Below the pieces are notes generated by a model. That model searched no databases and was not told where the DNA came from. It worked only from the letters and a program-made list of their open reading frames with translations. DNA of 63,544 bases, the filler included, from Choristocarpus tenellus KU-1152 (taxonomy: Eukaryota > Protista > Phaeophyceae): NCBI GenBank assembly GCA_964200185.2. It is 12 parts of 12 records of this genome, joined end to end, with 100 filler letters (N's around TTAATTAATTAA, not from the genome) between each part and the next. Parts side by side here need not be neighbours in the genome. Positions count along the whole stretch, not along the records: positions 38,417 to 50,918 come from CAXNAD020001815.1; positions 51,019 to 58,047 come from CAXNAD020006821.1; 10 more parts are not named here. One strand, 5' to 3'. Each line of letters starts with the position of its first letter. The stretch's first letter is position 1. Shown here piece by piece: positions 42,001-56,005 of this stretch. The translations under genes were made by a program, and so were the position numbers.

Positions 42001-42949
42001 AATGTAATCTCCCAGGCATATGAAGTATGGTAAAATTATATTTGCAGAGCTAGAGCTCATCGAGTTAACGGATTGAACGTGTCTTGCATAGTATGGAGCC
42101 CAACGAGAAGTGTGTATTGCCTTATTCGGACTGCTTTTTCGACCACAGGTGTTGGGATTCCTCAGACCAATGTCAATACCATGATGATGTGACACAATTT
42201 TGTTTTGTTTCCCCTCTTTTTTCCGTTGGCGATCACTCATCATGACGTTGACATTGTCGTTGGTGTATGTATTGTTTCCTTCCCTCTCTTCCCTTCAACA
42301 CTACATCAGATATCTACCTTTCTATCCAACAACTAACAGTCAATTTTGGGTCAAGCCCATCCTCAATGAAAAGCTCCATCCTCAATTTTTGAAATCGGCT
42401 GTTAACTGTATGAGGTCTGATCTGGCACCTCACACTCTCAAACTTCTAGTGACGTAGTATAAATACAACACTGTGACGAAATGTTAATGAGAACAGTATT
42501 TCTAATTACTGAACCATCGTGTGATTGATTGATAATAAATTGACATTGTGGATGTTTCATAGAAAAACTAAAACCAAAACTGTATGACAAGGATCTAGTA
42601 TCGAAATTTCGTCTTTCTGTTTGAGCAACCATTCATTTAAAAATTAACTTACTTGGTATGGTTTTAAAAAAGGAAACTATTGACATCTTTCAATTATTTC
42701 ATTATTATGCCCTCTGACATTTTCTAGATGTGTGAGGGAAAAAAAAATGAAAAGTCAATTCAATATCATAACCCCTATAAAGGTGCAGCAGTTGTCGTAA
42801 ATGTGAAATACATCTCTACAATCCATTTAGTATTTGACTACCAGCTACGCTACACCACTCCCCTGCTGTCTCCAACCTAGCTTAGTCTTACACCACAGAC
42901 CGAGGAGCTAGGGAACCACTCCAAGAATCTGATAGGCCCGTCATTGCCC

Positions 42950-43236
42950 ATCTCCTTGGTGTTCCCAGGTTAAAACACATGACATGTCTTGATAGAGCCA
43001 CTCACTTGTGTTGTGACAGACCTATCAATCGTAAACGGGATTTGACAGTTCCTTTGCTCCTGTAGCTTCTCACCCCTCTTCCCCCTACTACTCACATAGC
43101 CAACTCACCCAGAAAACTTTCTGCTTGCTTACCGAGGCGCCCAAAACGTTACACCGCGAAGGTGTTGAGGTTAAAACTACAGGTCAAAAGAACCCTCGCA
43201 GTGGGTGCGCTTTCGCACCTCAGGTGCAGCAGCAGC
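42950..43236 (-). mobile_element. 3' fragment of a CRE/R2-like non-LTR element (restriction-like endonuclease tail)
   Basis: Homologous to 62640-62910 and 63121-63400. Confidence 0.6.
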
Positions 43237-43829
43237 TACACCATTGATTGCTGGTTGATGAGTGAGGAGATGGGAGGTTGCAATGTTATGTATGTCCTGA
43301 CACAACTATAAAATGTTAGAGTGCATAATAATAGAAATTACTTATGTTAAGAAGAATATTATAGTAGTTTTAATATGTATATATATTCCAGAACATATCG
43401 ACAAAATGTTAAGAGGATGATGTATCAGTACTGGGATAATGTTCGGATAAACAAGAAAATAGCATATATTTTTTGTATAGTGTTTTTTTCTTACCTCAAC
43501 CTTGAAACTTAGGAGATTAGAATAAGTAACAATTTGAGAGGGAAAATAGAAGAAAGAAGTATAGAACAGTACAGTAGAACAGAAATCTCTCAAAGGCTAA
43601 TACTGTTTATGTGTTGTAATGAAAATATTTCAAAAGGTGTTGTTACCTCATTCTAGTTTACAGTGGTAACATCGTCTCGTTTTGATTGTAGAATGTGTTC
43701 GATTAAAAGTGGACAGAGAGTACAGATTAGGGATAAGTGGTAGTTGGGTAATAGGACTAAAGTCAACATATCCATCGTCCACGAACGTCAAAGGGTCTGT
43801 TACCTTTGCCTGTAGTGACCTATGATCAG

Positions 43830-46800
43830 ATGGGGATAGGGTTTCTGACCGTTCTTCGTCAGCCACTTGTGGCAGTGGCCATCATCCTGGCGACTGTATC
43901 GCCTGTCAAGTCCTTGGACAAATCTACAAATTGTTCGACATCTGTGGAAGGTCCTGACAGATGTTGTGCAGCACTAGGTACGGAAGATATAAAGGTCGCG
44001 TTCGATCCGGTATGTATGACAGCGCCCGAGATGGTGGGGTGTGGCGTCGAGGGTGGTGCCGACTGCCGTGTGTGCAGCGATGACTGCGACGAAGCCTCCA
44101 CAAAACCATCCTCCTGTCACAGATGCTCCTATCAGACTCACCTCTGCAATCACGAGGACCAGAGACTGTGTTACATGCCCAAGGAGTACGAGATTACAAG
44201 TTGTGCCATCCTTGGGATTGCGTATCTTCATATCTACAAGTCTGGAGGGACCAGTGCAAGGGCGGATTTGGGCAAGGCTTGCGCGAGAGCTGGGAGCAAC
44301 AGCGTTATGTACTACCAGTACGGGACGCTCAGCGATCCCATACCCATCGACGAGGGCCCCAACTTCCCTCCTCCGGGGTTGAAACTCTTCACATTCCTTC
44401 GCGAACCTGTACAGAGGCAAGTCTCGAGAGAGTAGTTGAACGATCCCATGGTGTTACTTGCTATTGACATTTACCAGAGGAAACAAACCTAAGACAAGTG
44501 ACACATTCCCACAATCTGATATTGCAATAGTGCCGTATGTGCTATGGTGATTTGGTGTGAATGTTTAGGCAATAGGGTCTTCATGTACCTGAGATAGTAT
44601 TCTTGGCTGGGCCTTCACCATTGCCCACAAAGGAGGTGACGTGAGGTATGTCTCAGGGGAAATCCTGCACGGCCCACAGCAATACTATATAATATAATAC
44701 TTTGAAGTATAATAAATCGCATTATCGGCGTTGTCACTACAACCGTTGGAAATTGGAAGTCAGGGCATAATGGTGCGGTATGCATAATGTGTATTAAACG
44801 TCATCAAATGTAAGTTTGCGGCAGTTCTCCTTTTCAAAATAGTGAGCAATTGCCTGAAATGTGCTTCAGACCCAATACGTTGAACCCATCACAAGTCACC
44901 TCACCTCCCTATGACCACCTCACACATGCCGGTTATTGACCCGTCTCTTGTGATATTGCTGTATAATCACTAGGTTCTTGAGTGGTTATCATGAGATACA
45001 CCTTCGGGCCATGAGGCGAACTGGAAAAATGCCCAGGAATGTGAGAGAAAGACGAGGTGTTGGGGACAGGGGGTGCAAGTGTGTTGAGTTGGTTTGGCAT
45101 ACGCTAGGCATTTGTAATATTCACTGTCCTCTCTTTCATACAAGTAGGCAGTCAGCCTTTGTGTGTACTGACTTACGGGAGAGCAGTCGAATAGTAAAAG
45201 TTCTGCGATGATCTGAATGAGAATTTCAGAGAATTTTCTTTGTATGGGAGGCACAACACAGAATTACCGCGATAATTTAGTCCTACACATACGCTGCTTT
45301 TGTGGAAAAATCATAGGCATCTCTACGCACGTCCTGGATGTGTAATTGCTACAGCTACTACTCTACAACAGCACAACAGTAAGAGTCCAAAGCCCAAATT
45401 GTGCCTAAAAATAATTAAAACCCAACAGCAATTAATCTGTGCCTGTTACCTTGCACCTTCGGTTTATCTCACAAGAAGGACTACATTCTATAGCTCAACG
45501 TCAGGACCAGGTACAAGATAACCTAAGCGATTTAGCTTACACATATTTTTGGGATACCCAGGATCTAAGGCGAAATGTCTAGGACCGGTGGGAGCATTTT
45601 GCAAGGCCCAAAAATTGATTTAATACGACTTCTTCAGAGCACTGTAATACATTATTAGGAGAACGCTTAAAGTTGTGCCTCTATGTGTCCTCTCCATCAT
45701 GAACAACGTATACATAGCCATTGACTAAGGTTGAACTGGAGAGCCATTTGGTCAAATGAGAATTTGTTACCTCGGATCTATTGGGTCCTACTGAACTGCT
45801 GATCTTCTGAAGAACACGCTTATGATTGTACCTCGGGTTGGCCCCATACCATTGGCTTGCCATTGTCTGAAGGAGGGTGAAAATGGATGATCTACAGAGC
45901 CTTCCAGCATTGTACCCTCCCTGCTTGCTCTTTTTCAACTTGAACACTCTTGGAGGGCTGCTTGACAGTTTCCATACTCCCTCCACTCCAACTCACATTA
46001 TGTCACAGGATGTTGATACGGAGAGTTTTAAGGAGGCAAAGATGTCCCACTTCCAAAGTTTCGTGGCTCAGGTTACTTCCAGGAACTACAGCAATCCACA
46101 TATTGCTTCCCAGTCATTTTTCATCACTCGCCAGAACATGCAGGTGCGCAAGAGAGAGAGAGAGGTCTAGAGAGGTCTAGAGGGATTGAGTTTTTGTTCT
46201 GAGCACCTTTGGAAGCATAATGTTTTGCCTTGAACTGCGCTTCCACTTTACTACTGTCGTGGTTTTATACTTCCTCTGGCTACAAAAAAGGTCGTCCATG
46301 CAGTTGCCCCTCACCTGCATCACACGAACTCCCTATACCCTAACCCTAACCCAGATGTGCAGGGGGGGGTGGGGGGGGGATACTGGACAGAAAAAACGAA
46401 AAAAAAATCTAATCTTGTTTAGTGGTACGGATTCGTTCGCCAAGACAGGCTCGCGGTGTGTTGATGTGTGATGGATGTTTGTAATGCATTTGTCACATTG
46501 TACCGGTTTATTTGCAGTGCAGGTCTTGCGCACTCTTCCAGGTCAAGCTTGGTTCCTGCTTTGTCGTGCATGTGAAGCACTGTTCTCAGACCGTTGACTG
46601 TTGACTGTTGACTACATGTACTGGATTACTGTATGCCTTTTATGGGCGGTGTCATTGAGCGAGTGGGTGGAGAGGGAGAGGGGTCGCAGAGGGAGGCGTT
46701 AAGAAGATTTATGGGATACAACCTGACGGAGCAGTCGTCTTGAAGATCCTACTAAGTGCAAAGCATCTTAAGCGTGTCTCTGTTTAAAAGAAAAAAAATC

Positions 46801-49643
46801 ACTAGTTTATTTTTTTAGTATTGAGTACCATCTACCGCAGTAGTGCTGGTAGATGAGGAATAGAGCGATAAACTTTTTTTTTTAATGTGGAATGTATCTT
46901 TGCTGGGTCAAGTGTCCCTCTTGGCTAGCTAGCTGACTGTCCAAGTAAGTGCTAGCGCTACCCTTGTTTGTTTGTCTGATGTGCCGCCTTTGTGGTGCTG
47001 TGAAGCAGTTCCTGCTCATGTTTCTTGAAAGGACGGAAGCACTTCCCACCTGGTTGCAATTGTGAGAAAGAACACGAGGTGTTTTCTTCTGTTTCACCTG
47101 GTTGCAATCATGCTTGATTGTCTTGTCAATCCAGTTGAAAGCGTCCTCTTATGTACTTGCCGAACAAGTTCAAAGTGTGCCCATGTGATTGTGGGGGACA
47201 GGTTTCAGCCCATGTGATTCGCTGAGGCCCTTTCAACCTCATGAGCAGTATTGAGATAAATCAGTTGGAGATGCATCTGGGTAATAGGTAAAACATATGT
47301 TGAACGAATGCGATAATGAATGTGATAATGAATGTGATAGTGAATGTGATAGTGAATGTGATAATGAATGTGTGATAATGAATGTGATAGTGAATGTGAA
47401 TGTGATAGTGATAGTGAATGTGCTAGTGAATGTGGTAGTGAATGTGAATGTGATAATGAATGTGTGATAATGAATGTGATAATGAATGTGATAATGAATG
47501 TGATAGTGAATGTGTGATAATGAATGTGATAGTGAATGTGTGATAATGAATGTGATAGTGAATGTGATAATGAATGTGTGATAATGAATGTGATAGTGAA
47601 TGTGAATGTGATAGTGATAGTGAATGTGCTAGTGAATGTGATAATGAATGTGATAATGAATGTGTGATAATGAATGTGATAATGAATGTGATAATGAATG
47701 TGATAGTGAATGTGATAGTGAATGTGAGTGTGAATGTGAGTGTGAATGTGATAATGAATGTGATAATGAATGTGATAATGAATGTGATAATGAGGGTAGT
47801 GATGCTATTAATACCTGGAAGTTCTTCTGCCCCTGACACCTCTATGATGAGAAAAGTAAATGAACGTTCTGTCAATTGCGGAGGCTGTGGCAGACAGTAA
47901 TGGACCAAAGGCCCTTCATCAGAGGCCTAGCAACAGGCAGTTAAGTTTTGTCTCTAGGTAGAGTACTGCTCCTACTCAAAGCACGTATTAGTGGAGTTTA
48001 CCTTGCAACCCTTTCTCGAGTGCAAGCTCAAGACAGAAAAAGAGCCAGTGTGTCAGTTCCCTCTACTGCCGTCGATGCCCTTGAAATGGAATAGCCATCA
48101 TCGAGTTGACAACCCGTTTCTAAGAATCTACTCTTCACTGCAGTGAACAGTAGGTAAGAATCCTTTGTGGAAAAAATTGATTAATACAACTAAAGGTGAG
48201 ATACAGCAGCGAGCTTCTTACATGGGATTGCTTTTGGGTAGGTGTGCCTGATTTGTTGATACTTGTTTGTACTCTCTATTTCATTGCTATCTGTTTCATT
48301 ACTATTTCATTACTACCTATTTAATTGCTATCTATTTAATTGCTATCTATTTCATTACTATCTGCTTCATTGCTATCTATTTCATTAATATGTGTTTCAT
48401 TACCATCAATTTCGTTACTATCTGCTTCATGACTATCTATTTCATGCCCACCTCGTTTTGTAGTTCTTCTGGCTTTGAGACCCCAATATTCTCACTTCTA
48501 AAACCACTAGGCGGGCAAAACTGAACTCCTACTTTCCCCAACTAAGACACCCTTTTACACACTCGTCTTGGCATTACCCTTTTCCACAGTTCAGGAGACG
48601 GGATAATTTCTTGGGTTATGACGTTATCAAGTTGTCAATACCGCTAAATAGTTTAAAACTCTAGAAAGTCAAACCAAGCCTGTAGGATCTTTAGCTTACA
48701 AGCATACCCAAAGTATCTTAGGGTTAGGTTAAAGCCGCGTTCATTTGAGGTCAAAATCCAATGTTGCGATTTTGATGTAATTTTGGCTATCATGTTTGTT
48801 AGGAAGTGTCAATATCCTTGTTCCGGACCCACCTTTTCATAACGTACACATTTTACCTACTCCAAAATATTTTGGACTAGGAAAATATTGTAAGAACTCC
48901 GAGGAAAGTATGAAATTCGTGGGGCTTTCAATGACACGGGGGCTCACCCCATTCACCTCAGCGTGTTGTGTCAAACGAAGTGTTAAATCGTATTTAAAAA
49001 ATAGTTAGATATGTGCGAGAAGTGATTGGGGGAGATTGACACACTTGAGACTTCTCTCGGCCAATGAGAAGCCAAGGTATCATAAGAAGCCTGCATGCAA
49101 GTCCGTGCCCTCCGCGTACTATGCTCCCTACAAAACCATTAAGAAAAAAATGTTGGTACTGTGGTAAACCCAGGCACGTCCTTTTCCCTGCCCCCCCCAC
49201 CCCCTTTCGCTTTTCACAGAAATCGACTTTTTTCTTGCCCCTTTTTGGTGCCAAATGAAACTGTTGACAAGAATATCTTGTCTATCTCTCGTGCTGTGAA
49301 CCTTGATGAGATTCAGACAGTTAAGTTTTCTTCTAGATAGTGGCAGGCAGGCGTTTAAAAAAAAGTGTATTAACGCCCTGGCCGGCGGATGTCTTCGACT
49401 GAACCTCTGACTCCATTCACTGCCTGCGTATTTTATTTTTTTTATTTTCCTTCTTGCTATTGGTGTGTTGCACAGATGCTGCCGGTGACTGCGTTTTCAT
49501 TGGACAATGCTCAGTCGGCAATGCAGTCCCTCTATGACGATGCCAGGTTGAACTACACCACAACAGTCAGCACCAACAGGGCCAGGTCCCGCAGCAGCCT
49601 GGTGGATGTGGATTCACCTATGGTGCCCTTCTTTAACATCGAG
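43830..49643 (+). CDS. Secreted/Golgi sulfotransferase (Sulfotransfer_2/CHST-like) with a Cys-rich N-terminal module; exons 43830-44416, 44974-45040, 46009-46143, 49476-49643; 3' end not located
   Basis: Hydrophobic N-terminus; PAPS 5'-PSB motif YLHIYKSGGTS; 3'-PB motif FTFLREPVQR|FLSGYHE across a GC-AG intron; NPHIASQSFF; phases consistent (the 45040 donor is the least certain). Confidence 0.82.
47305..47793. repeat. Intronic minisatellite, 12-bp unit AATGTGAT(A/AG)ATG-like
   Basis: ~490 bp of tandem GAATGTGATAAT/GAATGTGATAGT units. Confidence 0.95.
48270..48446. repeat. 15-bp tandem repeat (TTCATTACTATCTAT-like)
   Basis: About 11 degenerate units. Confidence 0.85.
48705..48890 (-). mobile_element. 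Truncated MITE family A copy in a sulfotransferase intron
   Basis: One TIR plus the internal CAAAATCCAATGTTGCGATTTTGATGTAA block. Confidence 0.8.
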
Positions 49644-50158
49644 GTCAGGGGAGATAGGCGTGTGATCCCCTGTTTTCGAGGTCGGGGTAGTGATATCAAT
49701 GTATTGGTGGATTGGTCCATGGTCGTCAAACCTTTAACCGGTAGGGTTAGCTATGAGCAAATGTGGGAGCAGAGAGTGAATGTTTGAATCCACCTACCTC
49801 CCCTCCCCCCCTTCCCCCCCCTCCACCTTCAATCCCTACCTCCATGGTTCGGGAGCGAGTTGGCGACATTGACTAGCATCACCTTTACGGGGCTGGGGAC
49901 CAGAAACAGGAATTTGATGATACAAGGTACTCAAACTAATTCCCGCTCTTGACCACAAGAGAACAGAAATTTAAGTCGGAACAGTTCCGTGCGCCATGTT
50001 CTATCACACCAAACAAAGAAGTCCATGCCTTGTTAAAAAGTGTGTACACGATGCTGTTGAAGTGGTGAAGATTTCTCGCTTGCCACAGAGTGCGACGATA
50101 TGTTTACATTGGAGGAACTAGCACAACCCCTCCCCTGCAGCGAAGGGAGGGTCTATCA

Positions 50159-50224
<66 letters not shown>

Positions 50225-50628
50225 GGTGTGGGTGTGTGTGTGATTATTTGGTTGAGCCTCTTATGTCTGGAGTACGCTCTCCCCTCCCAAGCAATACAAA
50301 AAATAATAGCTGTTGTAGCTTTCTCACGATCCTGATCTTGTATACATGTAACATCCTTTTTTTTAAACATACTTACATATATACTTGTGTATGTGTGTAA
50401 TCTTTGTAGCTATCTGTGAGAGACGGATTATAGCGAGTGCAGACGCCTCTGTCTGTGATGGGAGTTCCTGGTGCGTATGTACACAGAGGGGAAAAAATAT
50501 ATACTTTAAGAAATACTATCGCTCACAAAAAAACGTGAGCTTGACACGCCCTACTAGGTCACCAGTCTGACGTACATGAGCCCCCCTACCTCCCTTCCTC
50601 CCTTTGGTCGTACAAGGTTTGAAATTTT

Positions 50629-50672
<44 letters not shown>

Positions 50673-52035
50673 CAGTGATAAAAAATTTAGATCACTCCAT
50701 GTGAGTGTGTTTACAAGTTAAATGCATCTCTTTTTTGTCCTGTACCCTTGTATGTCCGCTTTGACCCTTGTCACTCTTTGTTTTTGTGTTTTTTGAAAAC
50801 ACCACTGAGACTTAAGAATTGAAAAATATAAATGCACTACCCCCCCCCCCCCCCCTTTATGGGTTTATTTGTTTTTTTGGGTTTGTTTCGGCTAAAAACA
50901 TTCCGTAATGTGGCTGGGNNNNNNNNNNNNNNNNNNNNNNNNNNNNNNNNNNNNNNNNNNNNTTAATTAATTAANNNNNNNNNNNNNNNNNNNNNNNNNN
51001 NNNNNNNNNNNNNNNNNNCCCCCCAGATATTTTGACCCAATTAGGATTGAGAACGTTTTGGCAACAGTAGTGATCTAATGGACTGATTAGACAGTGCAGT
51101 GTGTGGCAAAGAGGGTTATTGGAGAGGATACTTGCTATTCTTAGAATGGTGACTATTTCCCACCATTTGTCCTCCAACTCGTGCAGGAAAGTCTACTTCA
51201 ATCCATTCCTAGTTGGTGCATCCATCTGCATCCTCCTTGAGAGGAGGGATGATGATGTGCGGGCGGAAAGGGCCCCCCCCGCCAGACAGAATTTCTCCAC
51301 TACTCAGGTGTGCCAAGGAGGATGCCAGCACGTTCGCAATAACCTGCAAGCGAGCAGGGTATCACACGAGCGAGGGAAGGTTTCGGGTTATTCTGGCCAA
51401 GGAGGACACAACCAGTCAACAGCAACGACGTGGAGGGAGTCCTTTCCCGGGGAAAAATAAAATGTTGTTTTCTTTTTCACCTTCTCGGAGGGGTCTGTAA
51501 TCGTGAAAGGAGAAGCAACTAATCTTTTTATCTCTATGACCTTGTTCTTGCCGATGGAGCAACTGGACATCACCCTGAGGCCGAAAGGGGTTGCCATGGT
51601 GACCTCATCAACGGTTGTTGATAGGGCTGCCACCTGTCCGTCTCCATTTCTTCCCTCCATGCTCCTTGCCAAATCTTTCCCTTCGCTGCCCAGGAGTGCC
51701 CGGTAGCAGGTCTTTGCCCTTCTTGTGTATATTATGGACAGATAGTGTATCATGGATGCTGTGAGCATCTTGTCCATCTGCACCGTCTTGGAGTGTGGAG
51801 CTGTGAAACGGATTTCCGAAATACAGTCAACCGTTTGTCATAGTCCGGAGCTAAGCAGTATGGCAGTCTGTGCTCCTTCAGTACAACACACGGTGATATC
51901 CAATGCCCTTCCTTTTCCAAGGAGAGACGACTACCATACAGCACTGAATCCCTCACGTAAAGTCCACTGCTGTCTGGTTGCAAAGAAAGAGTTTGGAGAT
52001 AATCAGAGCTATTCCTTTCGAGATGCTCCTGCGAC

Positions 52036-52520
52036 TGTTACAGGGTGGAAGTCTCGGTAGGACCTCCATGTTACAGGCGCCCCTCAGAACTCACCTCCAC
52101 AGGATGTACAACTCAAATCCAATGACCTTAAAACGACGCTACAAGGGGGGTTCACAGATGATGACCACGTACGGTGTCAGCTTAGCTCAGTCAATGTCTC
52201 GCTTTTCGTTTTATCAAAAGAGGTAACATCAAAAAGGAACTGAGGGTTGTGGTGAGCCTTCAATCTCTTATTAACTTTCATCCACCATTTTTCTACAACC
52301 AAAGAGTTAAATGAAGCCTGCAAACTACTATGTAGACACTTCAATCATAAATCTTTATTCTGCAACTTTGAAGAATTGACATCTATTCTGTGAGAATATG
52401 TATATTTCTAGTCTTACTCTGCATCTTCTATCAATTCAAAGTTCATGAATTCTTACATCTGTATACTTTTCGCGCATTTTGGCGCGCAGAAAGAAATGCT
52501 CGCGCTATTCGCCTGTAACA
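52036..52520 (+). mobile_element. Family D element
   Basis: TG...CA ends; perfect TSD CGAC/CGAC. Confidence 0.9.
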
Positions 52521-52818
52521 CGACTGTTATGACTGCGACTGAGCACAATTATGCACCCCTTGCAACCGTTTCATGATAATAATTTTTTTTCTAGTATTAT
52601 TATAGACAGGGTGAAGAAACAGATTATCGTGTGGGACATCCTCTTGTGTGTTTGTAAGATGTGATGGGTTCTTGGTTGTCAGGTTGAGTGTGGAAGCTTC
52701 ACTGACGTTGTTCATCTATATCAGATCAAGCACGCTTTGTGTCACTGCTTTTTGTCTTTTAATCTTGGGCTGGATAAAGTGAGTTGATTGGTGCAACCGT
52801 TCATCGATGGCAGGTTCA

Positions 52819-53566
52819 GAGTCAAAGTATCTTAGAGGGTAGACCCGCGTCCATTTGGGCGCCAAAATCCAATGTTGCGATTTTGATGCAATTTTGTCTA
52901 TCGAAGTATCAATATCCTTGTTCTGTTCTGGACATATCTTCTTATAACATACACAATTTTCTGAGTGAAAGTATCTTAGAGGATACGAGATTTGCCCTGT
53001 TTGTCCGTTTGGGGTTTGGCTACCTGTCATTTTTTTTTTTACATTTTCCCACTCCAAATTTTTTCGGAGTAGGTAAAATATATGCGTTACTAAAGGTGTG
53101 ACTGGAACAAGGATATTGACACTTCCTAACAAATAAAATCGCAACATTGAATTTTGGCTATCAAATGGACGCGTCTCTACCCTCTAAGATTCTTCTTACT
53201 CCGAAACATTTCAGGTTAGGAAAATGTCATAAACAACCAGTGGGAAGCCAAGCCCCAAACGGACAAACAGTGCAAAACTCGTACTCTCTGAGTTCAAGTA
53301 TCTTAGAGGGTACGAGTTTTGCCCTGTTTCTCCATTTGGACCTTGACTTCCCATGGGGTTCTTTTATGACATTTTCCTACTACAAAATATTTCGGAGTAG
53401 ATAAAATGTATACGTTACTAAAGGTGTGTCCGGAACAAGGATATTGGCACTTCCTAACAAACGCAATAGCCAAAATTACATCAAAATCGCAACATTGGAT
53501 TTTGGTCCCCAAATGGATGCGGCTATACCCTCTAAGATATTTTGTCTCTCTAAGATACTTTCACCC
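52819..53566. mobile_element. Triple-nested MITE-A: outer reverse copy containing forward copies at 52963-~53190 and 53290-53548
   Basis: Outer TSD TTCA/TTCA; the second insert sits inside the outer TIR with TCT duplicated. Confidence 0.88.
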
Positions 53567-53664
53567 TTCAGTACTGCACAGACTTCCTCTGCTATCCTGC
53601 CTGAGATGTATCTGGATGTGATGACCAGAAACAGTGCCCTCACAATATTTGTGACCAAGCCAAA

Positions 53665-53921
53665 GAGTCAAAGTATCTTAGAGGGTAGGGCCTTTCCCAT
53701 TTAGGGGCCAAAATCCAATGCTGCGATTTTGATGCAATTTTGGCTACCGTGTTTGCTGTGAAGTGACAATATCCTTGTTCCGGACACACCTTTTCATGAC
53801 GTATCATTTTACCTACTCCGAAACATTTTCGAGTAGAAAAATCTCATAAAAATTCGCTAAGGAAGTCAAGTCCAAATGGACAAACAGGGCAAAACTCGTA
53901 CTCTCTAAGATACTTTCACTC
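53665..53921 (-). mobile_element. MITE family A copy
   Basis: Full TIRs; TSD CAAA/CAAA. Confidence 0.93.
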
Positions 53922-55751
53922 CAAACGTTGAAGTTTCTGCTGCCATATATTTGCAGTTCCGCAGGGTTGGTGATGCATGCAGTTAATTCCTCTACAACGT
54001 GGCAACGGTCCATGTGCACCTCTGGGAACAACATAGTCACTCACCCATGGAGGGTGCCTTCGATGGCAAGCACCAGATAGTGATTGTCTTGAAATGTGCC
54101 CTTACCAAGGACCACCTGCCAATCGTGTAAATGCCTACAGCGGACGTCATGTTCCTTCAATTTACACAGTACCCGATACATTGCAAGGGAGGAGGAGCAG
54201 TTCACACATTCGGTAGTTCATTTTAGCGCATCAACATTTCAAAGTGAAAACGATGTGGGCTGGTGTTGATTTCTTCATTGGAAGGGTTACCTCCAGACCG
54301 TAGCCAAGATCCATCCCAGCATGATTCCACTTCTGAGAAGTTGTTCCTTCTCCGAGGCACCTAGCTGTTGGTCAGTGAGGACAACGATTATGTCTTGAGT
54401 TTAATATAATAGTAAAACCTTGTTGTCAGAAACCTGGGGTAAGTGGTGGATTGGAGGGATGGCATTGAGTTCAGTACGAGTGCTCAAGGAATATGTACTC
54501 AGAGCTCTGCTACACGGTTGGAAATACATTGACACCCCACCAGTCCACCGTATGATGCATTATTCCCATCACCAAAAGTAGTCTCTCCTACGTCACATAG
54601 TATTTTGCAGATGGGAGTGTACCCATCACCCACTGTCCTACAATAATACCCTTGCGAAGACTGGGTGTGAGAGTATCGAGCCAACTGTTCCATAAAGGAG
54701 ACTTTTATTTGCAGGGTCAGCTGTGCACATGAGGAGGGTAAGCGACTTCCCAAGTTGTACTACAGGCGCCCCTCGATGCTCACCCCTTTCCAGGATGTAC
54801 AAGTCAAGTCCAATTCACAGATTATCGAACGTCAGCTCAGCAGAACAGGGGTACTCTCAATGAATCAATCAATATAAGGTGTATATAAGGTTCGACATCA
54901 GTAAGAGTGAGATATGTGTGTCTTGTTAGATCAGAAGAACTGATCTGGTTTGAGCCATTTTTAGGAACTCTAATCATCATTTGCCGTTGGGGGATTGTTC
55001 GGGTTTGCAAATACTGGTATGTATCTGAGAACCCTTTCCAACCATCCATCCATGACCCTCTGCAACTACCCGAGTTACAGTTTATTCTGCAACTTTTAGG
55101 CAAATCGGAGTTCCCCCTTTTGAGGTTCCCCACGCGCGTATACTGCCCGTGCTGGTTAAAGCACGGGAAGAAATACTCGCCCTACTCACCTGTGACAGTT
55201 GTTGATGTTTGGGGATCTTGCTGTTGGAAAACAGAAGTAAGAGGGACAGGAGAAAAACTTTTGAATGTGGTTGCAAAATGACCTTGAGAAGTTTAGAATT
55301 GTGGTTGAGGGGTGGAGTGTAGGGAGAACCAAACAACAGAGATGGCACGGACGTGTGGTTGATGGCCTGACAAATTTCATGGCCAAGCACTTGACATTCC
55401 AAGGAAAGCGCTATAGCCACTGATGTTCGTCATGCTAAGGCAACAGCTAAGACAGTCAAAGTCACCAACATCACCACCATCACTGTTCAGTATGACCAAT
55501 GGTGTTTGTGGGTTAGTGCATCGCACCTGGGTTATTTTGGTTCACCTTGCAGATACTCTGGGTACTTTCTACTAACATATTTACTTAATTTCTTAAGTTT
55601 CGTCCTTGTGTTTGAGTATTTGCGTATTTTTTAAGCAGTGCGTTCTGCCTTCTTCCGACTACGTACCTTCCACTATGGGTCTGGGTCTGGTTTGAAATAT
55701 TATAATCACGTTCCTCTACATTAAATCTCATAGAAGTACGAGACAACAAGT

Positions 55752-56005
55752 TAGAGAAAGTATCCTAGAGGGTACGAGTTTTGCCCTGTTTGTCCATTTG
55801 GCGCTTGGCTTCCCATGTTTTTTTTTATGACATTTTCCTACTACAAAATTTTGTTTTGGAGCAGGAAAATGCATAAATTATGAAAAGTTGTGTCCGAAAC
55901 AAGGATTCCTAAAAAACGCGATAGCCAAAATTACATCAAAATCACAACATTGGATTTTGGCCCCCCCAAATGGAAGCGACTCTACCCTCTAAGATACCTT
56001 GATTC
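55752..56005 (+). mobile_element. MITE family A copy (eroded ends)
   Basis: Full-length homology to family A. Confidence 0.88.

Noticed and set aside
47423-47908. ORFs with His/Ser- or Cys/Asp-rich repeats
   Set aside because: They are translations of an intronic 12-bp minisatellite.
52716-53704. Cluster of similar short ORFs (YPLRYF, SQSILEG motifs) as a peptide gene family
   Set aside because: They are incidental translations of the MITE-A TIR, and the frames are not conserved between copies.
54499-54753. TFGDGNN as an OTU protease motif (Helitron-like relic)
   Set aside because: The catalytic Cys is absent and no other supporting motif was found.
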